Positions 35,020-46,300 of a stretch of 64,000 nucleotides of DNA are shown in pieces (position 1 is the first letter of the stretch; every line of letters begins with the position of its first letter). The notes beneath the pieces were generated by a model. That model was not told where the DNA came from. It was given only the letters and a program-made list of their open reading frames with translations, and did not search any database. The DNA lies in contig OU015566.1 in NCBI GenBank assembly GCA_907165135.1, positions 4,216,001 to 4,280,000 on the forward strand, in the 5' to 3' direction. The DNA comes from Oikopleura dioica. Its lineage: Eukaryota; Animalia; Chordata. Both the position numbers and the translations under genes were made by a program.

Positions 35020-36724
35020 GGGCGCTCAAAAACAACTAACAAGCGGACAACAGAAAGTATTAAATAAGTGCTTATAACGACAAATAGTCATAAACCAATA
35101 ATAATAGTCAATTGTTCAATCAAAGTATTACCTTTGAAAGTGCTAGTTCTCTGTTAACTTTCTCCGAAAGTCTGTTGATTTGATCCTTCCTGGCGGTTGA
35201 ACGTTCTCCTTCCTGGAAATCGAGCTGTTCCAAGTTTATTAATCCATAGTCAAATAATCAAATTAGCGATATTCAAAAAGAGATTATCGTGGCCAAAATG
35301 TGTAGAAAAATATTGATATTCCAAACTTGTGGCGCGCGTATTGTTCAAAATAATTCTTCATTTGCTCGTTGAAAAATACTCGTTTTCCGCTGCAAAAGAG
35401 CATCAAAAAGAAAAAAAGAAATTTCATCGGAAAAAATGATTCTTCGTGATTTGAAAAAAAAATCTCGTGCGTCATTTAAATACGCACTCGAGATTATTTT
35501 CGAAACATTAGACAAAGAAAAAAAAATATATTTTTTATAAAAGGATTTATTATTTACAAAAAGGACCTTTTTGAACGCCAGACATTTTTTTTCAAAGCAA
35601 ATCACCAAGAAAAGGAGGATTTTTAAAATAATGAAAGGGACAAAACGAAGTTTGCCTAACCCTACACTTAAGGGTATCCACGTGTAAACGTATTCTTGCT
35701 CTAGAACTGTTTACGAGCTACATTTTGATAACATTATCTTTAGGATTCCTAAGGGTATACGGGGAGATAATGCTGTTTGAAAATTGCCGAAAAATGGATG
35801 GGAGACCCTTAATGTTGGCATTTTAATTGTCATTAATCAACTCGTAATAGAATTAGATCACGTTTTGAAAGAAAGATTTCTAGAAGAAAAGAACTAAAGT
35901 TATTATAAACATTTCTTTTTTTCAAGTATCGGGCCCTTATTTAGTCAATTTGTCGCAACAAGAGAGCATGTTTTTACAAAGGACATCCGCTATTGAGAGG
36001 GATTATTTGAGGATTTTTTAATTGAGCTCTATTTTGAAAGTAAAGATATTAAGGAGATTCGAGCTCCTTAATCGACGAGAAAACCGTAAAGAGTTTGTCA
36101 AGTTTATCGTTAAATCAGCTATTTTTTGAAGATTTAGGTTGAATCAAAGGATTCCTGATAAAATAAGCCTAACAACGGGACTGGTGTCAAAAATTAACAA
36201 AAAAAATCTCGACAGATTTTTTCTTAAGCGGCTAATCGGCCGCTGATTGGTCGGTTAGCAGAATTCAGGCTTCTGATTGGTTGGAAGTATTGAACGTTTC
36301 CATAGAGAGAATTACATAAGGGAGTCAAGGAACAAATTTTTATCGAAAAATCTTCTTGAAAATCACGGTTAATGATGTGTACCCCCTTAACGGTTCTCTT
36401 TTTTTTGGTTTTCAACTTGAATATTTAAGTTGGTCTCAAAAATGCTCGTTCATGAGTGACCAGGGTTCACAAGAACCCGAAAATGGAAATAAATTTGCAA
36501 CATGCACTATTCGTTTTGATAGAAAACACTTTTTTCGCTTCGTTTCTTGTTGTCATCAACATCGCGGGCTATTATCACTGATAAATGATGCGGAGCGCCA
36601 TCATTGTACCAAACGATCGGATAAAAAGTTGCAAAGAAATTTTGAATCCATCAGTTGGTGAAATCACTCACCAATCGAAAAAGCATCAGAGAAGCTTTAA
36701 TCAGAAATTTACTTTGATTAAATT

Positions 36725-37994
36725 ATGAAGGTAAGTCAACAGAGATATTTATTTTTACTTTCATAAATTGAAAAATATTGCTATTTTTCGAGAAAATTTA
36801 CGAACATTTCTGAGCGACAAAATCTCCGTCGCGACTTTTTGACCAATAAGTCCAATTGAAGTCTTTTGATTGGCTAAAAAGTACCTAAAATTTTAGTCGC
36901 TCGAAAATTGTCGCTTCGAGGCTTTAGCTCGGTTTTATCGTCAAAATTCTTGAATTTTTTGAAAGAGAAAAAAATTTCATAATGTAATTGAAAAATAATT
37001 CTAGCTTGGGTCGACTCTTCTCAGCCTGGTCGCTGCTCGCGGTAGTCTCTTCGGAGGCGCACCGACAGACGAGCGAATTTGGGTAGCGGACACAACGCTC
37101 AAGGAGGAGTTCATTCTCACAGAAGACAACCTTGAGACAACCTACAACCTCCCGCAAAACCCAGTGACAGGAAAATACGATAAAGACCAATACGTCCGAT
37201 TGTCGGCAAAAGCTCCCGAAGGATACGCCGTTCGGGCAAAGTTCACGAATTTCGCGGTCGAAGGTAAAAAAAAATGAAAAATAATTTATGAAAAAATTAC
37301 CATATTTTAAGCTGGAAACTGGAGAGGCGAGTGCAAGAACGACGCTGTCCTCTTCTTCGACGGTCCCGATGGCAACAACTTCATCAAAGACTACTGCGGC
37401 AAGAACGCGGCGAGAACCAAGCCAGACGTCGCCAGCACCCAGGAAGAATTGACCGTCGTTTTCAAATCAAACGAGAACACCATCGTCGACAAGGGCTTCA
37501 CTGTCACCTTCGTCGCCGAGCCATTGCCCGCCGAACTGTACGCCCGCAACAGGATCGTCAAAGCTTTCGAACAGACTCAAAGCATCGTTTTCACAAAGCA
37601 CGGACATAAGAGAAACGAGAGACTTATCTACAAAAAGGTATGAATTCAAAAATTCCACTGATCTTTAAATTATTTCAAGGCCGCTCACATGCAGCGAATT
37701 TTCGAGCGATTCGCGTTCGTTTTCGATAAAACCTCCGACAGCTGTGTCGACTTCGCCGGCACCGGAGACGAAAACGACTTCGTCGCTCCCGTCATCACCG
37801 ACGCCGACCCTTGTGGATCCGTCACCAGCTTCATGTCATCCCTCAGCTCGTTCTGGAACGCTTTCGCTTGTCTCGATGGCTACGATCCAAAAACCGACGA
37901 AAGAAAGTATTTTTTTCGCCGATACCAAGACAAAGTCGCCATTCAAATCGAGCGACTTCGAACCAAGAAATTCAATCAGATGTGCGACAAATAA
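36725..37994 (+). CDS. Secreted CUB-domain protein with a Cys-containing helical C-terminal domain (oikosin-like candidate)
   Basis: Exons ATGAAG|GT, ~37005-37263, ~37312-37637, ~37680-37994. Signal peptide MKLGSTLLSLVAA. CUB motifs APEGYAVRAKFTNFAVE, C..DAV.FFDG, YCG, LTVVFKSN....DKGF.V.F. Confidence 0.75.
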
Positions 37995-38421
37995 CTAAGC
38001 TTCATCAAAAAACGACTCTGATGCAAGACTCAGAAAACGAATTCCACTCAACTGTACATTTAACGCTTTCTACTTTAAGAACAAACCGCTTTCAAAAAGA
38101 GTGAAAAGTGACGATGCAGAAAGATTTTCGATTCTGTGAACGATTTTCACTTTACTTTATAATAAAATAAAAATCTAATCTTCATTTTTCTTGCAAGTTT
38201 GAATCAGAATTAGTCTTTTTTTCCTCGTCAGAAGTTTTCTTTATGAAATATTTTTTTCGTGTGATCTAATAACGATATTTTTGCGACTCAGTCAAATTGA
38301 AAATTCATTCAAAGTGCATAATTTAGTTTTATAAATGATAGTTTAGCAGTGAATTCAAAGTTAATGCAAAAGATTTATAAAATGAGTTTGAGAGTAAAAT
38401 TGTTACAAATTTTGAATTGCA

Positions 38422-41400
38422 TCAAGCTACAACCTGAGTTGTTCCGCATTTTTCAAGACGAAGAGAATATGCCTGTGGCAAAAGATACCATTTTTCCGGC
38501 ATCATATTTTTATGTTCTTCGTTGACCAGACGCATGAACGTACCGGTTTTTTGATCTCGATATTCATAAGCACCAGTCTCGTCAAGACAGTCTTGTGTCA
38601 TTTCCCTATTTGCATAATATTCGTTGGTAAGTGGAATTTCTAGTTTAACTCCTCCATATGGGATAGAAGTATTTTGTATGATGTAATTTTTGTTTTCCAC
38701 GCGATCAAGAACCATTTGATGAAAGAATATCTGCCCGCTCGAAAACAAATACGCACCAGTTAATGTCAACGGTCTCGTAAAAATAAAATTTTCATTGAGA
38801 AGCACTTATAAAGGGATAAATATAAATAATACTGATGATCCAACCTTTCTCAACAATGCATTTCGAAGATGGAGCTTTCTCAGAATCTGCACATCTACGG
38901 ATAATTTCCCATCCAGAGCCACGAAGGTACGTTTTATACTGAACTCTATCTAACAGAGCTTCAACATCATTTTCCTGATGCTCATAATCTTTCTCCTTTG
39001 GATTCAAGTTCAATCCAGCCAAACTTCGAGGATAGATAACCATTGTAAGAAGTTTGAAAATCGTGTCGATGGAGTACATATCATATCTATCATCGAAACT
39101 CAGATCATTCTTGACAGCATATCGAATAAGACAGGCAATAGAAATTGGAACACAAAGCTCCGAGTCTTTTTGCGCAAGTACATTCTTCGTTACATTTTGA
39201 AAATCAAAGCATGACCATTTCTCAAAACTTGAGCTCAAAATATTCATTCCAACTGATTTTGTCAAATTTCTATCATAATTAACCAAATGATCTTGCGATG
39301 AATCAATTCTGATAATTTTCTTGAGCCTTCGTAAGCAACGCTCAAACTGAGGATTTTGAGGATTGGATATATCCACTCTCTGTTCCATCATTTCTTTCAG
39401 AAATTCAGCGTTGCAATCTTTCATAATATGATCAATTTCATCGAATTCCGCATTTGTTCTTAATGGCTTAAAAATAAGAGTCCAAGCAGTATTCCATTCG
39501 CAAAGCAGAAAAACCATAAGATTCGAGAATGAAACTCGAGAACTTGTTTTAGAACATATTTGCTTGCTATTGCAGAAAGCAACAGAGCCAGAATCTTAAT
39601 ACAATTTCTACAAAATTGAATGAAGGAAATTCAAAAATTTTATAGAATCAGTATGCTACGCTACATCGTGGACATGATCAAATTTCGAATTTCAAATGTC
39701 AAATGTGAGCCAATGTCGTTTTAAAAAAAAAATTGCGTTTTAAAGTCAATTAACCTACGCGTAGGTCGATATGCGGGCAGGGGATAAGGAGGTTTTTCCT
39801 AACTTACAAAGTTGGTCAGCATTATGGAATTTGGATCCACGTCGAGCATATCCATATTGATAAAAGCTTAACCGCGGTTGAGTTACTTGAATAACTCCAA
39901 AATCAATGATGTGAGCTTGATATTTTTCCCTTATTTTTCTTACAAGAATGTTTTCTGGCTTTTTTGAAAGTAATTAATGCTGGATTAAAATAATATATAT
40001 TTAACAATAAACAATTAAATGCTTGATTGATTCTTTGTTCTTAAAATTTATAAACTTTCCCTTTAAATCACAATGGATGATTCCAATACTTCTAAGGTAG
40101 GTGTCACCATCTCGCACTTGTAAAGCGATTGATTTACGTTCGTCAAGATCAAGGGATCCGTCTCTTAGAAATTGTCGAAGATCTCCTTTTCCGAAGTATT
40201 CTGTCAAGGTTAACCATCCAATGCAGTCTGTTTCGTGAACATCGTCTGGATGAAATATTTCGATATTAACCAAATGTCTTGTCACATTTGGATGATTGGG
40301 AATAATTCTTTTGTCCCCGGATGCCTTTCTCAAAAATCTTGCATGGACGGTGGCTGTTCCTCGTATAAATCTATATTTAAGATTTTTAAGCGTTGATGAG
40401 GTGTGAGGCAGTTTTTGAAAAAGCCTAAAAATAGTTTGCCCTTGAAATGGCTGAAAACGGCTTTTTCAAAACAACATCTTTCGATTTCTCGGCGCCATAA
40501 GAGCTACAGCACACGCACCGCATAGAATGGTGATTCTCAAAATAAGCCAGTATTTTGAACATTACCCTAACCCCCTCTATAAATAGCTTAAAGTTGGCCT
40601 TAGGGTAACTCATCTATAAAACGCCCTACAGTTTCTATCTTTATTCGAAATTTCAAATCATTGTGAAAAAGAGCGGATTCTGTGACAGCTATCAACGGAT
40701 TGAAAACGAGATGTAAAAATTACTTTAGTATTTTCATAAAAAACGTTTCAAAAAACTTTGTCTTTTAAATTTTTGCAAAACTGCCCAACACCTCATTAAC
40801 GAAAGAAAAAAACCTTTGTAGAGATGAAAATGATAATGAAAGGGAAACGGAACTTCCGTAAATATAAATGGATCAAAAGCTTGCATTCTTATAGCAATAA
40901 GAATAGCACCATTACACGAAGGCAGATCCATCATTTCACCAATTACGTTCGCTTCCCCACCAGAAGATATTCTAATTGTTTGCCCTATACTTCTATCTGA
41001 ATCTCGGATTGTCCACTCTCAAGTTTCTTCTTTTAATTCAGTGCGCTCGATTCTTCTGTAAAGAAGATTAGGAAAGCGTTTAAGAATATCTCTCTGAACA
41101 AAAGTTGCTCCCCAAGAAGGAAAATTTTCTTCGTCGCATGCTTGATTAGTTGTATTCAAATTTTCTTTTGTCGATAAATTTTTATAAGCAACAATTTTTC
41201 CAATGAATTTGTCATCCTCCTTGATGAATTGAAAGGCAGTCCTAGATTATGAATTTTCATAAATATGTTATATAATTGACATTTTATATAAAGGCAAAAA
41301 AAGGAATTTTCACTAACCAGTAAATTCCTTTTCTGAATCCCAATCTTTCGACAGACAAAATAAGCCTACATATTTGAGTCCTTGAAGTCGTCTTCTGTAT

Positions 41401-41469
41401 CCGTTGAATAAAATTTTCTAGCCAATATTTTACATCAACATTTTCTATGCAGCTGCCATTGAGCTCCAT
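38422..41469 (-). CDS. Divergent protein kinase fused to a papain-like (clan CA) cysteine peptidase domain
   Basis: Kinase motifs SSGGEANV, IAIR, HPNV, LTEY..KGDLRQFL, HCDLK|PENIL, IIDFG. C-terminal QKDSELC, RPLTLTG and HQMVL...YIIQNT. An apparent frameshift near 41160 makes the 5' part uncertain. Confidence 0.65.
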
Positions 41470-42227
41470 TCTCGAAAAATAATGAGACGAGTGTCAGAAT
41501 CCACGATGTGAAAATTGTCACCTCCAAGAATAAATATTTTGAAGGTCTAACAAAACTGAAGACAAAATTGACTTTCGTTACTTTTTAAACATTCTTTTCG
41601 ATTTTTAAACGGAATTAAACGGAATCATATCATGTATGTCAGGTTGTTCCTTATTAATTTTTAATGGCAAAATTATGGCATATCTGATGAAAAGAATAAA
41701 GTATTCACGATCTGCGCAGATTTGAAGAACTAAGATCGACTTTTCGAAACGGAATCGACATGAGAAACGTGATTGACAAAGATGATACATATTTGAAACC
41801 ATTTAATGCTGCCTCAAAGCGCTTTGCCAAGATCTGCCTAGCGCGGATTACTCGCATCGCACTGAAGGGAACACTTCAAAGTAGAGATAAATTCATAGTT
41901 GTGATAGCAAGCATTGGAACTGAGATATTCCTCGATGTCGAGCAATTTCTAGAGGTTCTTTGTTAAAGAAACATGTGTTTTGGCTGGCTTTGCGATCAAG
42001 GAAGAGATTTTACAAATTTCTGAATTATTAAAGAAATGCTTCTTTATGCTTTTTTGCCCTTCAAAACCTCCAAAAAGATAAGAAAGAAGAAGAATTTTCA
42101 AAATCAGATGCCATCGGAAGCTTCATGGAACAAAATGGGATTATCGGCAGGGTTTCCAATACAAAGGAGGTCAATTTAACCCGCCCTGAAATTCAGACCA
42201 TATTTTCGGTCAATTTTCGGGAATCCT

Positions 42228-42880
42228 TTAAGGGGAGGTCGTCGAGAAAATTTTTTCGCCTTTTCAAAATTTTGATTATATTTTTGGATTCCTCGGTAAA
42301 AAGGAGTATTTTTGGTCCCTAGCTTTTTCTCAATTTGTTAACATTTTAATGTAAAATTTTCGATTTTAAGTCTTGAACTTGAAATTTCTTGAAAATTATT
42401 GGTTGGTGATTTCGTCCAAAAACTATCTGAAACGGATTATCATGCACTAGGCATTGTTTTAAAATGATTTCTGAGTAATAATTTTAAAAAAATCCAGGTC
42501 TTTGTGATTTTTGCAGAAATTTCCATGAAAAAATGGGCAAAAATGTCGATTTTGACGAAAATCGAATAGTTTTTATCAATAAAAAATTTTTTATGAAAGT
42601 AAGCCTTATTTTTTGATCGCCGGTTAATTTTTAAGGGTCTAAACTATTTATTCATTATATTTGATGAAGAAAAAACTCGGTTTTCGAGATTTTTGGTCAC
42701 GAGACACCCCAACTTCAACCCTAGTTTTTGAAAAATTTTTCAAAAAATTTTTTCTGCTTTTCGCCGGTTAATTTTTCAAACGCTTTTCTTTCAATCCGAA
42801 AAGTCAGAATTTTCCTATCTAATCGGGTTTCTCCGTATTTTTGGTCACGGAAATCCCGATTCTCGTCGACCTCCCCTTAA
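42228..42880. mobile_element. TTAA-flanked non-autonomous DNA transposon (Kolobok-like)
   Basis: TTAA|GGGGAGGTCGTCGAGAA ... TTCTCGTCGACCTCCCC|TTAA. Confidence 0.75.
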
Positions 42881-43397
42881 AGTCGTCGAACCATCATGTG
42901 ATTGCTCAACTATCGGATCTCAAAAAGTATATTATTTTATATTTTATTACGAATAATGATTAATATTAATTTAATTATTTTATCATATTATTCAATAAAT
43001 AAATAACAGAACTGGGTTTATGACTAAGCTTCATTTCAGCATATAATAGTTTCCAACCTTGAGTTTTTCAGTCTGTCTGCACTCCAAGATCAGTAGTCTC
43101 CGATAAAAGCTGCTTTTCTTTGCAATCTTGCAAGTCTGACCGTAAGTTACTACCCCCATACTTTTCTTACGCGTTCTTAAAGACATTGACCTGAATCAAC
43201 TGAAAATGGAGGAGGAACTAGCGATGGTTCATTATGACATTCAAATTCAAGAACAAGCGATGGAAGCTGCTGCAATGGATGCAATGATGAGCGAATATAT
43301 TTGAAGAAAAATTGTGCAAAAAGAATATTTTTATTTACATTTATTCAAATTTTTGAAGAAATAAAAACTGCATTGTTCAAAAAACTTTCAAATATTT

Positions 43398-46300
43398 TCA
43401 AACTTCCGATTTTTGCATTTCCAAGCTGCTGAAATTATGCAGATCGGATAAATTAGGCATGATGACTTCATTGGACGCATCCGCGAAATTGACACCGTGG
43501 ATTCTTCTTTCGATGTTTGTGTTTTTGCTCCAACTGGAGCCTTGCGAGCCCAAAAAGACGGCTGAAAATTGTTTTGATACAGTCATAAACACATGCGTTT
43601 GGACTAACAAGCTTTCAAGCATGTCTCCAGCTCGACGAGCGATAAAATTTCCCAAAATTCATCTTTCAGGTCTCCACAATTATTTTTCTTGTAAAATTTT
43701 CTGACAAAAGGATCGAGCTAAACATTTGTGAGATAGAAAAAGGTTAATTTGGTACCTCAGACTGCATAAGAACGGTAATTTCGGGGTTGATGATTTTGAG
43801 TTCTTTTCGCATATTTTTGATGAGATCGGCTTCTGATGGAGGTGTTGCGATATAAATAGTCTGAAATAAGAAACTTAATTATAGGTGCTTTTGACTCCAA
43901 AACCTGGGGTGGTGTCATGAATCGACAAAAATCTCGAGAACTTTTAATTTGATATTTCCTGGTGCTTATGCAAGTGTCCAACTCGTCGTGTTACCGCAAA
44001 ATATTTATTATACTGCATGATCCCAAAGGGATCGCGCACAGAAAGGGCGAGAGGGAAAACAGCTGATAGAGAGTGAGAAAACAGTTGATTCTCGGCGGAA
44101 AGGCCGTATCTATCTAAGCTCAACGGGAGATCGATTGAGGACAAACTGTCACTCACATCACCCACCCCCCGCTTTCTAGAGTTATGAGAAGAATTTTCTA
44201 TGATATCACACAAATTTTGACTGGATGTAGCGCGAGGATCATAGTAAGAAAGAGAAGAAAAGACACACAATCGAGAGTAGAGGATCAGAAATTGGAAAGA
44301 CAGAAAAGTTTTCTTATTGGTTTTTTTTGACGAGATTGTTTGAGTTGATGTTGTTGTTGTTTCCGGCATCGCTGTTGAATCGCACACAAGATAAGGAGAG
44401 AATAAAAAGAGGAAGTTTTAACTAAAGCAGAGTTCTATGGAAGTAATTGACTATGAGTATTAGCTAGAAGTTTTACGAGAGAGAAAGAGTACCTGACAAA
44501 AAAGTAACCGACACTTATACCGACTTAAGTTAGGTGAACTACAAAAACGTTAGGTCGGGTCAATTCCTAGTCCTAGGGTTCGATAAGGCATTACCCCCAC
44601 CCTTCTCCAAAGGCTGCCTATATGGGTCAGGAAAACGTCCCAAGAGTTCCATGATGAAAATAATTAAGGGTAGCCTAACCAGATCGAGGCAATTCTGTTC
44701 TGCAACCGTTACGTATACAGAGCCATCGTTGCCGTCCTTGGCGGCCTTCCCTCCCCTTCCTCAAAAAATCGAACCAAAACTTAATTATAGTTAACCCGGC
44801 CCCCAGAAGGAGGTATCAGTGACGGTATATTGGGAAAAAAAAACGAGTTGGACGTGGAGTTGAACTAAAGCGGTGCTAGCTAAATTAAGGGCTTCAGTGC
44901 CTTGTTAACTTTAAGTGCAAGTCCACGAACTCTACGTAAAAACTGAAAGGTTAGGATTACCAGGGTTGAAATGCATATAAAAAGAAGCGCAGAAGAGGAT
45001 ACCACTGAGATTGTTGTTGACTGTTGGAAGTTCACGTCGACTGTCTCGGCGAGCTCGTCGATCTTGTCGTCGATGTCATCGATAGCGTTGTCCAAGAAGT
45101 CGTCGTTGTTGAGGTCGAGAGTGTTGAACGTGAAGTTTTTGCTTGAGAGTCGGAAGTCGATCTGTTTGCCAGTATAGGTAGTGATCGGAGTCTTCGGAAT
45201 CTTGATGAGCTGGTCGTTTCCACCACAATAGATCTCTGTGTCTGTTTCAGACTGTAGAAAGTATCGGAATCCGGTAAATCGTTCTGGTTTGGATCCGAGA
45301 TCGGAGAGAAGAGTGCGGTTTCGAATGACTGCCTCGCCGGCAGAAAACACGATCAAGCCATTTTCTTCGAATGCGAAGGTGCATGAGGCGCTCGTTGGTG
45401 TTCGTTTGATATTGCATCGTCTGACATCTCGGAGGCAAGAACCGCTCATGATGGCTGAGTGTCGACAAATCATGTTTTGTCTTGCTCCGAGGCAAGAGAA
45501 GCGATCGATTTCGTACATTTCACCAGCCAGTTGCGTAGCGTATGGAGCAATGTCTGGGGCGACCAGTTCGTTTGATTCGGTAGATTTGACGATGATGCCA
45601 AACGGATTCGCTCGAAACAGCGTGGTCGGTGGTGACTCGATAACTGGAAAGTTGAGTGAGAAGTGCACGTCCAGGCCAGAATCTGTGATGTTCAGCCCAA
45701 GAAGCTGGGGTCGGAGCTCCTGTGGTAACTCTCGGAGAAGGTTTGCGCAATAAAGTTCGCACTGTTTGGCTTCCAAAGCTGCGCAAGATCCCCAACAGGC
45801 AGAAGAAAATAGCCTATTCCACTCGACTCGGAACGGCACCTCTCCTTGTTGCAATGCTGCCACTTCATAGTCCACTTCGCTTATATACTGGGTCACCGAG
45901 GCACGGGACCAGTCTTCGATCCTGTTCCTGATGACAGCTTCGTTGAGGCGGCAGAGGTCGCGTTCAACTGCAGAGATGCGCTCGTAAGTGGCGTTTAGGC
46001 TGACAGCTACAGTCGATTCCAATTTTCGAAAGTTCTTGGTGAGTTTGTCGATGTTGCGGCTCTGGGCGAGGCTGACCGACTTCAGGTTTGCGATGTCTGC
46101 GGTGTTCTTTACTTTCAGGCCCAAGTTGGCGGCCGCCAGAATAAGAGCTGGGGCACCGGCGAATCTTTTCATCAAGTGAGCTTCGTGCGCTTTCACGAAT
46201 TCCGCCTCCTCCTTCAGGCTGATGAGTTCGGCCTTGAATTGCTCGTCGATAGATTCGAGAAGGGCTTCTCGGCGATTGTCGGCCATGTCCTCGGAGCATT

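Noticed and set aside
41605-43305. Plus-strand coding-like fragments around the TTAA element
   Set aside because: They are short, interrupted by stops and carry no recognisable family motif.
44178-44879. Extra ORF or ribozyme in the long env-LTR spacer
   Set aside because: Only short or low-complexity ORFs are present, and no hammerhead or HDV core could be assembled by eye.
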